This document shows, one piece after another, positions 1 to 12,176 of a stretch of 64,000 nt of DNA. Under the pieces are notes generated by a model that saw only the letters and a program-made list of their open reading frames with translations, did not search any database and was not told the DNA's origin. The translations under genes and the position numbers were made by a program. The stretch is from NCBI RefSeq assembly GCF_001194135.2, contig NC_068983.1, positions 140,522,850 through 140,586,849 on the forward strand, written 5' to 3'. Numbering within the stretch: the first letter of the stretch is position 1; every line of letters begins with the position of its first letter. This stretch comes from Octopus bimaculoides. Its lineage: Eukaryota.

Positions 1-343
1 AAGACTTCACTGGATAACTGAAGAACAAAGATTACAGATAATATAATTAAATACCCATTTATTTGTTATAACAAACCTTTTTGCTGTATAGTGAATCTGT
101 AAATCCTTCCCGGTAAAAAGAGAGGGTCGAGAGTTGAAGAGTTGAGAGTCGACAGTTCTAGTCGGTGTCTTCTGGAGCTATCAGCAGTAGTAAGACAGAA
201 GTTACTGTATTACTTTTCTGGTATGAAGAGATACGACGGTATCCGATAACTAGCAACAACTACCGTTAAACAGCAACCACGTACAACGGCAGTCACACAT
301 CACACTAGTGGGAGAAGCCCACTTTACAACAGTGGCGACGAGG
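1..343 (+). mobile_element. Probable 3' end of an LTR plus primer-binding site (Ty3/Gypsy-type)
   Basis: ...TTTACAACA (ends 331) is followed by G-TGGCGACGAGG (333-343), the typical LTR-CA end plus a TGG-initiated PBS. No internal coding sequence is recognisable after it. Confidence 0.45.
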
Positions 344-599
344 TAAAAAGAATTTACGCGGAGTGGAAAAAAACATTCACACGTAGTTTAAACTAATGCA
401 CGTGGATAATTAAATAACTCGACAAAAAAGAAAAGAAACATGAATGGATTGATACTTGTGTGTATATACGAAGTCTGCTCAATATGTAATAGTAACGAAG
501 CTAAAACACACAGAGTGAAACCGTTTGGCAAAGATTCACCTTGAACATTGCTGTGCGTACGCACGACGTTGTAGCGTTTTAGCTCACTTCCGCTGTTTA

Positions 600-1025
600 T
601 AGCAGTGCTTGGAAGGAACGTGTGTATCGTGTGATCGTCACATTGACCATGACAGAGAAAGTTGCCATGGCAAAACCTGCTCAGATGTCTACGCAAAGTA
701 TCAGAAAGTGTATGAAGAAGGGTGCATGAGCCGCATACAAGTGTATAAGTGGCTCAGACGTTTCCAAGATGGCCGAAAGAATTTCGATATACACTAACCT
801 TCTGGGAGGGCCGTAACTAGCAGAACTCAGAAAAGCATCGAGGGATGTGCGTCTAATCATCATCTGTGAGTTATCAGAGGAAGAACAGAATAGCTATGGC
901 TCAGTTCAGTTCATTATCACTGAAGATTTGGGTATGAGATGCGTGTCTCCCAAGTTTATGCCTAAACTGCTTTACTTGCACAAGATGGCCTTGATTGTAT
1001 CGAGAGCGATGAAAACTTTTTGAAA
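600..1025 (+). mobile_element. Degenerate Tc1/mariner transposase 5' fragment
   Basis: HGKTCSDVYAKYQKVYEEGCMSRIQVYKWLRRFQDGR (mariner HTH) and, after frameshifts, SVQFIITEDLGMRCVSPKFMPKLL (mariner linker, LGMRxVxxKFVPKLL-like). Confidence 0.75.
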
Positions 1026-1368
1026 CCTGAGCAGGTACCGCCAAGTCTATGACAAAATTTGATTCAGATTCTCAGCTTAGCTTTCTATGTCACGGCCAAT
1101 GCGGCGATCACACTTTACACACCTTCCTTCCAAACACTGCTGTAAACAGCAGAATTGAGCTAGGACGTTAAAAGTTGATGCGCATACAGGGAACGTTTAA
1201 GGACAATTTGTGCCAAGCCGCTTTACTCTGGATGTTTTAGCCACTTATTGATCAGAACAAGTACATACACATATAAATGCGTACGTTTCTGTCTTTGCAT
1301 TCAAGTATTTAATTATGCCCATGTACCTACCTGTATGCGCAATGCAGTATAAAAATCGTACATATATA

Positions 1369-1704
1369 GGCGTAGAAGTGGCTGTGTGGTATAGAGCTTG
1401 TTTTCCAACCACATGATTCCGGGTTCAGTCCCACTGCTTGGCAACTTGGGCGAGTGCCTTCTGCTATAGCTTCGGGCCGACCAAAGCCTTGTGAGAGGAT
1501 TTGGTAGACGGAAACTCAAAGTGGCCCATCGTATATATGTATGTGTGTGTGTATATGTTTGTGTCTCTGTGTATGTTCCCCCAACATCGCTTGACAACCG
1601 ATGTTGGTGTGTTTACGTCCGCGTAACTTAGCGGTTCGGCATAATAAACCGATAGAATAAGTACTAGGCTTACAAAGAATAAGTCCTGGGGTCGATTTGC
1701 TCGA
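1369..1704 (+). mobile_element. tRNA-type SINE (composite, 3'-truncated)
   Basis: tRNA-like head GGCGTAGAAGTGGCTGTGTGG...CCGGGTTCAGTCCC (A/B-box-like), an internal TG microsatellite, then a body (GTAACTTAGCGGTTCGGC...GGGGTCGATTTGCTCGA) that recurs inverted at 59125-59205. Confidence 0.75.
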
Positions 1705-2682
1705 ATAGTTCTATGAAGTTGTAGCTTTTATTTTCCAATATTTTGAGTGACGGGTGCTATCTTATATATTTTGGTGCTAGAAAAACTCTTCAGTAGACTT
1801 AATGAATACTGGCCGGTGAATTCCGAGGTCAATTTATCCATTCGTATGCCATCAATGAAACTTATGTGCATACCATTGTCACCCTGTGGGCTTCTAGCTG
1901 ACGAAAACAAGTACACTAATTGCACAGATTTGTAAATTCCATTCATTTGCATGAGTGCTTTTCTGGATGATAAATGAATTCTTTTTTTTTTTCTGTAAAC
2001 ATTCTTTTCTAAATTTTCTATTGCTACAGGCAGAATGTCATGATTTTTGGCCACACGATAATATATCTCGAGTTCTTTTTCCGAATAAAGATAACCTGTT
2101 GAGTATTCAGGATTCTCACAACTATACAATGTGCCTTTCAGTCAGATTCTTCCAGATATTTCACTAGTGCTTCTTCCTCAATTGTCCAATGATCTTCAAC
2201 TCCTTTCAATTAATAAGGAACAGCCAAAAGCTTACATATTTCGTCTACACCCTGAATAATAGCTGATAAGAAATAAAGAATTAGAATACCATAACCACCA
2301 TTCATATGAGCAACCGTCAAAGTGGTAAGATACTATACAATATTTATTATTCATTATTCTCAATGAGAACCGCTTCGTCTTGTTCAAGATTTAAAGCACC
2401 ATGTCATTCTGAAATATAATCTGTGACATCCTTTCTAATAAATTCCTCATCAACTGTCTTCGAATATGTACCAACATCGCTTTCTTTAAAATTCCTTAAG
2501 TAAAGATTTGCCAGTTCTGTTGCATCATCACGAAAATTTCCAGATAGTGAAAGATCTGAATTTAAGCAGAGTACGATGATCTCGTTTAAATAACTGTGTT
2601 GAAAGCTATCCTCCGTTTGCAGAATAATATCAAATTTCAAACTGTGTTCAAAGCATTTCTTTTTCTGAGCAACGGAATCCAT
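1705..2682 (-). pseudogene. Alanine aminotransferase-like pseudogene, copy 1
   Basis: MDSVAQKKKCFEHSLKFDIILQTED... from ATG 2682 matches copies 2 and 3. Premature TGA at 2404-2406, further stops and frameshifts at 2130-2400, ARSPQGDNG motif near 1895, an internal deletion near 1820, and 3' truncation at ~1705 against a SINE. Confidence 0.9.
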
Positions 2683-3263
2683 ACCGCAAAGCAGATTAAT
2701 AATATGCACCAAACAAAAGGAAATTACAATAGCCCGACTAGTTATAGTAATTTGTTTGTAGTTTGTGTACTTGTTAAAATATTCTCTTAATTTCAGCTGT
2801 CTTAATTTTTGTCTTATCTGTTACTAGATGTTCTACTCAAATATTATCTTTGACACAGTTCCTCTATAGGCATGTTATATGTATGTCTTAATATTTTGTT
2901 TCGAGATAAATGCATATTTAAATAGGTTAATAATGTTTACTGTATTCTCGAGCAGGTGTACGGATACTTATCACAAAAAGATAATGAGAAAACAATTGTC
3001 GAATACTCATCGCAAACAGATTAGTGGATAAAGAAAAAACGATATTCGAACCAAGCAGAAATATATACACCTCTTACACCAACATTAATATTCGTCACAT
3101 AAGCGATGTTTGCTAAACTGAGAACAGGTAAAATATTCAAATGAACCTAAGAAATTCCAGTATGGTTTCTACAGGACACTTCAGTACACGATCTGAGCAT
3201 TATCATTGAACGTGCATTGTTTCACATGACAACCTAAAACGAATATATATATATGTGTGGGAG

Positions 3264-3306
<43 letters not shown>

Positions 3307-4075
3307 GATCAGGAAAACGGATATGTTTTTTTACATTAATAATTTTATTAAACAGTTATTTACCGCATTCTTTCGTGGACCTATGCGCATTTCAACTGCA
3401 TCAACAGCACACTGATCGATGTGGATCCTCCTGGTGCCATTTTCGGTATAGATTCATCAGAATCCATTATTTACTGCCATTTGAAGTGAAACTGAGTAAA
3501 TCAGCAAGCTGGGTGGATAAAGTATTTATCAGGAGGTTACTAAAAATAACCCATGGTTCACCTCTGTGGTAGGTGAAGCAAGGTCCAGTCTTAAAAATAA
3601 ATCAAGTATAGATTAAACGTTTGCGCAGATTCATTAGTACTATAAAACAGTTTATCATTCTACTCATTTCAAAGAGAACATTCTTTTTTTTATTATTTCT
3701 TGAGGTATTCTATTAATTTTCATGTTTTATTTTTTGTTTAAGTCCGTAAAGTCAGCACCCACCCTGCCTCTCCTTCGCAGAGAGATTATTAACCCTGATT
3801 TCGACTAAAATGTAGCACTCACTATACCTTACCTCTATTTCCATACCACTATATGCATCCTTTACATTAGTATACCCCTTATCTTCTAAAACCATGAACT
3901 TAAACAGACTTGTCAACATTCTGAAGAGATCTCCCAATCAAATTGGCAAATCGAAACGATCGTAAATGTAACATTACATAATCTCCACATAATTGATTAA
4001 ATTAATGGCTAACTAGCGCAATCGACCTGCTTCTTCCTGTGTTTGTTTCTCCATTCTCTACATGATTATATATAC

Positions 4076-4127
<52 letters not shown>

Positions 4128-5345
4128 NNNNNNNNNNATATATATATATATATATATGTGTGTGGGAGTGTGTGTGTGAGTGTGTGTGCGTGTGTGTGCG
4201 TGTGGGTGTGAGTGTGTGTATTTGCACATCTACTTGGCAGAAGGGTATTGTTTGATAAATATCTGATGTACATATTATGCAACATATCCGACAGCCATAA
4301 GGACGCAGAAATTCTCCTGGATATCTTTATGCGAAATGAACTATATGTCAGATAATTGCAACAAGTGATTTATCATCCAGTATGTATATTTTTGTATACA
4401 CCAATAAGCATCGGTGGCACGTTATACTCCTAATGTGGACACAAATAATTAACTGAGAAGCTTATCGGTAAAACACGTTACACTTGTTTGTACATTAACT
4501 CAATTATTCAATTGGGAAAAAAAAATGATTGTCTACGTACACATATTTAAATTGAATGACGCTCTGTTAAAAGACAAATCTACCGTTACTTTTCGTTCCA
4601 TTATACCACACGACATATATTTCAGAATGAGGTATATTGTCTCGCATTATAAATCTCAAATATGATGTTATACCAATGATTCAGTCAGGATATATAATAC
4701 AGAACATACTATTATAATTGTCACGGCTAGTCGTTATACATCGGGCTTTATATGATCGTTATACAGAGGGCTTCAGTATGAATTTTGTTCAAGCAAGCAA
4801 TAATGATTTCAGCTCCATTACGCAATATCGTGATCTAAGTTTGAGGAAATACATTTTCACGAATGAATGGAACATTGTAGTACATTACAATGTATCTATG
4901 TTCCTTGCATGTGTAGCTTTAGAGAGATTCAAACAGTGATGTATGACTATAGTTGCAACTTTCTCAAAACTGTAGAGAAGCACCAGAACCATGACTAGTA
5001 CTTCTGGAGTTCTCTGAATTCAGCGACATTATTGTGCATAACATATTGCTAATGTCATGCTGATATGAAACTCCAATTATCACTCGATTCTCTCTCATTT
5101 CATATAATATTGATTCAGGGTAATCCATAAATACAACACCTTCTATCAAAGCGTATTATTTTATAAAATAACAAACTATAATACTTGACCATGTTATTAA
5201 CGATTGTGTGCATAGAATATTGAAGATCAAGAAAAATATGGATTTTCCCCTTTATTTTGTGGTGATTTTATGGTTATTAAGCAATCTCTCTTTCCTCATT
5301 TCTATCTCTCTCCTTTTCCCTCGCTCTCTCTCTTTCATTGTACAG

Positions 5346-5413
<68 letters not shown>

Positions 5414-6984
5414 ACACACACTTACACACACACATGCGTACATATATACGTGTACGTATTGGAAAATATGATTTAAATTGCTCTTAAGATCAAATGATAC
5501 TTTCCCGTTGGGAACCATTTGAATTATTGGAAATCTTGTACATAGTGCAAAATATTAGATTTGAGATGAAAAATGACTAGGTAAAAATTATAGGGCAAAC
5601 ATGGCTATGATTTTCTCACTGTATAGCTCGTTTGGTGAAGGAGAATGGAATTATCTTGAAAACATATATATATCATTAGGAGGCAAAAGTCGGAAGAATG
5701 TTGATTTTAAAAAGAGCATATGTAGTATGTAGTAACAATGTTCTCTGTATAACTATTCAAGTAATGTTTCTCGTATTCTTTCCCGTAAGGCGAAGATAAG
5801 TAATTCTTTAGATTTGAAGCATGTTCTAAAATATCCGGTGATATATTTCATACTATTCACTATGTGTAATTCTTTAAGAAATGTTCGCACTTCTGTGGAA
5901 TAATTATTGAGAAAAGAATCAAAGAAATCGGCGGGTCGTATCAGGGTTAATGTAGTGAGCTCTCACTTCGTCTAGTGCATCTAGCTATTAAACATGTGGC
6001 TGAATATAATTTGGAAAATATCATTTGAGTCTTTTTTATATGTTTTAAATTACATTATAAATATCAAGAGGTCTGATTTTATATATCAGAGAGTATTCTG
6101 AACACTCTTGTATTCACAACCTGTATCCATGTATCACTGAGTTGAATAATTACTAATATAAGTGAACTAGAACATTTTATATCTAATATAACAATTAATA
6201 TTGTGAACTTAACTAGTGGTTTTGAAAGCCGTGAGCAGTTTTGTTCCAGTTAAAACTACTTACAATATTGAAATGTTCTGCTCGATGCATTTAATGTCAC
6301 AGTGACCGGAACACTGGACTATGAAACTGCTGATGCATGACTGAGAGAAATTAGCTCTTATTCCCAAGCCGAATAGCAGATAACAAGTGAACATTTATGT
6401 GACAATCGACATATTGCTGAAGTATTTATAAAGTCCATCTTAAGCACTGCTTCTTATCCTTCTTCCTTTTCTGACAAAATTACTGTGGCATAAAATAATT
6501 ATTTTTCAAAACTTGATTTCACCAAGCTAATGTTAGGTGAACTTTGGGAGTAAAACAAAAATAACAATACGATATGTTCTTACAATTATGAAATATCACC
6601 TTCTCCAGCGGAAGCCAGACTGCTTCTGGAGGTTGCATTATTTTTCAGCAGAGTTCTATAGAGAGTTAAGGATCTTAGATCTGAGCAGGATCTGCGCTCT
6701 TTCAGCCAAACAAATTTTACATTTATTCGATCCATTCACATAAGGTATGGATTTCTCAATTACTTTCCCATTGATAAGATACGGTGTTTCGTTATCTTTC
6801 AAAGTCTATACGTAGCTAGCCAAATTAGTAGCTTTACTTTTGTCCCTATGTCTGAAGCAGGCTATGTGATTGGCGTAGAGATTTTTAAATTCACTTTCAC
6901 ATAATGCAATATAAATCTTATCAAATGTATTATTATTTAGTGTTGCACAAACGTCTGCCTCATATATGTTTGATTTAGTAACAC

Positions 6985-7190
6985 ATCATTGGTCAAGCGG
7001 ACAGGATCCTGTGCCACGACAGTTGCAACTAGATTCAATCTCTTGGTATTGACCATGCGTAATGATACTCTTCCTATTGGAGCAGCATGTATATGATAAT
7101 TTCACAGAACGCGTATTGAATATTTTCCTGTATCTGTTAGTTGCTGGAAAGTGTTTGTCTAGGAGAGACAAGAATCGTTTACCAATCTTG
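6985..7190 (-). mobile_element. Penelope-like element fragment, inverted relative to the 7320-8820 copy
   Basis: SLLDKHFPATNRYRKIFNTRSVKLSYTCCSNRKSIITHGQ...CNCRG..CPLDQ is the reverse-complement homologue of 8180-8390. Confidence 0.75.
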
Positions 7191-7319
7191 TAGATAGTGA
7201 AACTCAGCGTGATCTGAAATTGGGCTAGAAGCTAAAAAACTACTTACAAATATTAATCGTAGAGCTGGGGAAATTGCTGAGTTTCAACAATAGAATAACA
7301 GTTTTACTGTAATAGAGTG

Positions 7320-8820
7320 ATTTAAGAACCTCATACATAAGAATAAGTCTAAAGTTACCCAGTTTGATATTATAGACCTTTATCCCTCAATATCTAGATC
7401 ACTGCTTAATAAAGCTATTGACGTAGCTAAATCATATGCTGATTTTGATCCTATAGACCTAGATTTTATCAGGCATGCGAAGAAAACACTATTGTTCAGT
7501 AATAGATTTGCATGGGTAAGAAAGTTACACAGTGATGACCTATTTGATATATCTATAGTGTCATATGATAGTACTGACGTTTTTGATTTTGTGGGATTGT
7601 TTATATTAAACACAGTGAAATATAGATACCCATCTCATGACATTGGCTTATACTGTGGCGACGGTTTGGATATTTCCCATGGATGTGATGGTCACACTCT
7701 TGATAGATCTAGGAAGCATCAAATTTCTATGTTTAATCAATTCGGACTTAAAACTGCAGTAGCTTCTAATGTCTCTATAGTTGATTATTTATATGTTTCC
7801 CTAGATTTCGACGACTCATCGTATAAACCTTTTCATAAGCGAAACTTTTATATATACATAAATAGTCTTGTCACCCTCCTGTAATATTTAAAAACCTGAT
7901 AGCTAATATGAGTAACAGAGTATCTAACTTCTCTTCTTCCAAAAAAATTTTCGTAAAGCTGCCCCTATTATAACAAGGCCCAAGCCAATAGTGGCTTGAA
8001 AGTGAAATTAATATACAATCCCTATAATAATAATCAAAATATTAATAATAGATCTAGTGGCATCAAAGACAAAGTAGTACATAACCACTCTTGTATTAAT
8101 CAGGATAATAAGAAACTTAAAAATAGGCCAAGGACAATTATTTGGTTCACCGCTCCCATTTCCTGCAATATAAAAATTGACATTGGTAAAAGATTCCTGT
8201 CTCTCCTAGACAAAAAAATTCAAGACACTCAAATATACAGGAAAATATTTAATAGACGTCCTGGGAAATTATCATATAGCTGCTGCCTAAATATGAAGAG
8301 TATCATTTCACGTGGTCAATACGAAGAGCCTGAATCCAGTTGCAACTGTTGCGAGCTACGGTCCTACCAACTTGACCAGCGGCGTATGACTAAACCTATC
8401 GTATATGAGACAGAAATTACGACAACCCTAAATAATGACACAACTGATAAGATATACATTGGATAATGTGAAGGTGAATTTAAAAATCGCTCTACGAATT
8501 ACATAGGCTTCATCAGAAACAGGGACAAAAGTAAAGCTGCTAAGTTGGCTATCTACTTATGGACTTCGAAAGATAACGAAACACTGCGTGTGATTGAATG
8601 GAATGTAATTGGTAAATCTATACCTTGTTTGAATGGATTGAATAAATATGGACTTTGCTTGACTGAAAGAGCGTAGATCCTGTTCAGATTTAAGATTCCT
8701 AACTCTCAAAAGAAGTCCAGGTCAGAAATTTTTAGTGGTTGCATGCATATGTAAGAATATATTTTGAAAAATTAGAAAATTCTACCTGTTCCTGACTCAG
8801 TTGATAATTTTCCAGCATTG
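7320..8820 (+). mobile_element. Degenerate Penelope-like retroelement (RT core, thumb, GIY-YIG)
   Basis: FDIIDLYPSI, SYDSTDVFDFVG and GLYCGDG (YRDDG-like) RT motifs; IIWFTAP..NIKIDIGKRFLSLLDK; CNC..IVYETEIT..KIYIG*CEGEFKNR GIY-YIG region. Multiple stops and frameshifts. Confidence 0.85.
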
Positions 8821-9745
8821 TCTTTTAAGGATAGCTCTTTAACCCTTTTACTTTTTATTTTTTTTACATTTTAGTTTCNNNNNNNNNNNNNNNNNNNNNN
8901 NNNNNNNNNNNNNNNNNNNNNNNNNNNNNNNNNNNNNNNNNNNNNNNNNNNNNNNNNNNNNNNNNNNNNNNNNNNNNNNNNNNNNNNNNNNNNNNNNNNN
9001 NNNNNNNNNNNNNNNNNNNNNNNNNNNNNNNNNNNNNNNNNNNNNNNNNNNNNNNNNNNNNNNNNNNNNNNNNNNNNNNNNNNNNNNNNNNNNNNNNNNN
9101 NNNNNNNNNNNNNNNNNNNNNNNNNNNNNNNNNNNNNNNNNNNNNNNNNNNNNNNNNNNNNNNNNNNNNNNNNNNNNNNNNNNNNNNNNNNNNNNNNNNN
9201 NNNNNNNNNNNNNNNNNNNNNNNNNNNNNNNNNNNNNNNNNNNNNNNNNNNNNNNNNNNNNNNNNNNNNNNNNNNNNNNNNNNNNNNNNNNNNNNNNNNN
9301 NNNNNNNNNNNNNNNNNNNNNNNNNNNNNNNNNNNNNNNNNNNNNNNNNNNNNNNNNNNNNNNNNNNNNNNNNNNNNNNNNNNNNNNNNNNNNNNNNNNN
9401 NNNNNNNNNNNNNNNNNNNNNNNNNNNNNNNNNNNNNNNNNNNNNNNNNNNNNNNNNNNNNNNNNNNNNNNNNNNNNNNNNNNNNNNNNNNNNNNNNNNN
9501 NNNNNNNNNNNNNNNNNNNNNNNNNNNNNNNNNNNNNNNNNNNNNNNNNNNNNNNNNNNNNNNNNNNNNNNNNNNNNNNNNNNNNNNNNNNNNNNNNNNN
9601 NNNNNNNNNNNNNNNNNNNNNNNNNNNNNNNNNNNNNNNNNNNNNNNNNNNNNNNNNNNNNNNNNNNNNNNNNNNNNNNNNNNNNNNNNNNNNNNNNNNN
9701 NNNNNNNNNNNNNNNNNNNNNNNNNNNNNNNNNNNNNNNNNNATA

Positions 9746-9778
<33 letters not shown>

Positions 9779-11039
9779 TAGTTAATGGATTCAGCAGAAT
9801 CTAGTGGTACAAATACAAAGGACGGCAGAAATTGCTATTTGCAATAATATGGGTTTCAAACTGAGGTAAGAAAATTACTGAAGCTTCCAAGTGTTTAGGA
9901 GGACGCTGTAAGTATGTAAGTTCCAAATGCAATTAAAGCGTAGATCCGATTGAGTTGGTTTTAGATGTAGCGTTGTTATAAAAAGAGAACACAATCAGGG
10001 TTTAAAATTTGCAACAGCTGTTTAAGTAGAAATTTATTGAGGCAATCATATATTACATAACATATAGCCAGTATTATCTGCTGAAGTTTCAAGCAGCTGG
10101 CATATCAACATTGCTACATGCGGTATTATATAAATAACATTCGAATATATTGAGGAGTTGCTTCAACGGGCATGCGAGAAACAACGGGATCAAACGACTA
10201 TTTTATTTCAAAACACTTATCTAACTTAGTTTATAGCGAACATTGGCTTTCATAACGTACAAGAATCACGGAAATACCGTTTCCATGAGTTGACATTAAG
10301 GTTATTACAACCCTCAGGACAGTTGAAAGTTATAAGACTGACATCACTATTTTAGTTTCCTTCTATCCAACTCTAGTAGCATAGGTATGCACGTATCCAC
10401 ACTCATACTTCTAGACAAACGTGTACACACACACGCACACACACATATATATATGCATGAATATTTATGCATACACATAGACATACAGAGAAATTTTTAT
10501 ATATATACACATACATATACACGAATACATACGCACACATCTATATATACTTACATAAAATATAAAGGTTTAAGATAACATAAAGACATGAAGAAAGCGT
10601 TGACAAATGACAGAGGGTTAAAAGTTCATACACTGGATTATCAAATATTTCATTATTTATCGAATACAGAGGTTGCAAAAAATGGAATGAAAATGAATAA
10701 CGAGGAGACCAAAGACATGATATGAAATATCGCATAAATAATATTTAAATAATATTTAAATGACACGAGTCTGTTTAAATACGTTACAGAATATCCTTAA
10801 GTTGAACCTAAGAAATTAAATATAAGCTGTAGTATATGAAGCCAATTAGATAACTGGTTTACAAAAAGAGTGTGTTTGTAATGTAAGGTTAGCATTCCAC
10901 ACTACCTTCGATATTGTGTGAACATTTAAGTATTTCTCAAACTTCGCAACATTGACAACACCCATGCCTATCTTTTGAATACAGTTATGCAAATGCTATT
11001 ATGTTCCACGTAATTTGGTTTCTAATGTTTTTTTTTGTC

Positions 11040-12130
11040 TTTTAATTCCCAATTTTTTCCCGCGCGTGATGTAACGTTAGCGTCATTGCGATTATTGAAT
11101 ATATAAGAATGTTTAAATCTGCGAGAAGTGGAATCGATGTACATTAAGGAATTTAGATTAGCTTGTTTTATCTGATCTATAGATAAAAATTTTAGTGAGG
11201 CATAAATCATATCCAGGGCATATAAGTTTCGTTTTAAAAGTACATGATTTAGGAAATGTGTGGAAAGGTGCGGGTTGTAGTTTTTGACTTTTTCATAATG
11301 TTGACCGTCATCAGCCATGGAGATTACTAGATTTCTTTAATAATAATGTGTCCATTATTACAACTGCACCACCTTTATCTGCTTCCTTAATCGTTATATT
11401 TTCATTATTTTCAAGTTCTGTTAGTTCATTCCATTGTGTAGTGCTAAGGTTTGAGTTAACTGTGTGTTTATGCATGGTGTGGTAGGGAAAGTTGTCAATG
11501 TGGTTGCAGAATTCATCAAGATTTTTATTTCTTCCTTCGTGGGGGATGTGTTCATTTTTGGTTTTGACTAGTGAGTCATCTTCAGTATTGTAATTCGTTA
11601 ATGCTTCTGTGAGTCTTAATTTCCTACAGAATTCTATTATATTGTCCTCCACTTCATTTTGGTTGGCTCTGCGTCGAGTTCAGGTGAATTTAAACCCTTT
11701 TGAGAGGATGTCTATTTTTATGCTTGAAAGAGGTTTAGTTCAGAAGTTAATTATCTTCGGGGTTTTTCGTGATCACCAGGTTCCAACCTGTATCCTGGTG
11801 TCTCTGGTCTGGGACTTCAAAAAATGTTGGTTGCAGTTTTGTTTGCATGAGCTGTCTGTGAGGTTGTATGGGTTTGGTGCTGGGGGGGATGGTGGTATTG
11901 TTGCCTCAGATTGTTTTGTGCGTGTGGGTGTCTATGGGTGTTTTGGTTAAAAGTATGTGTGTAACATTTCTGTATGCGGTATATTTTTGTTTGGAATTTC
12001 TTGTACACGGGATATCTCTTGACCTAGTGTTATTTTTTGCTGCTCTTGTGTTCGGTGGGGTTCAGTAATTTTGGGTCATGGGGCAGTAGTGCCTAATTTG
12101 TGGTGTGTTTATTATCCTAATGTTGTTTTG
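11040..12130 (-). mobile_element. Penelope-like element 5' fragment
   Basis: LSKGFKFT, EFCRKLRL and NITIKEADKGGAVVIMDT (the xDKG motif upstream of the PLE RT), followed by frameshift and loss of the RT core. Confidence 0.75.
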
Positions 12131-12143
12131 TGTTATATATATA

Positions 12144-12176
<33 letters not shown>

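Noticed and set aside
6285-6470. VTGTLDYET, resembling a cadherin LDYE or MMP peptidoglycan-binding motif
   Set aside because: Immediately followed by stops, and lacks the downstream cadherin AxDxG or MMP PRCG motifs. Likely chance.
9800-9870. Possible small exon ending in GAG|GTAAGA
   Set aside because: No polypyrimidine tract at the acceptor, no partner exons and no recognisable protein.
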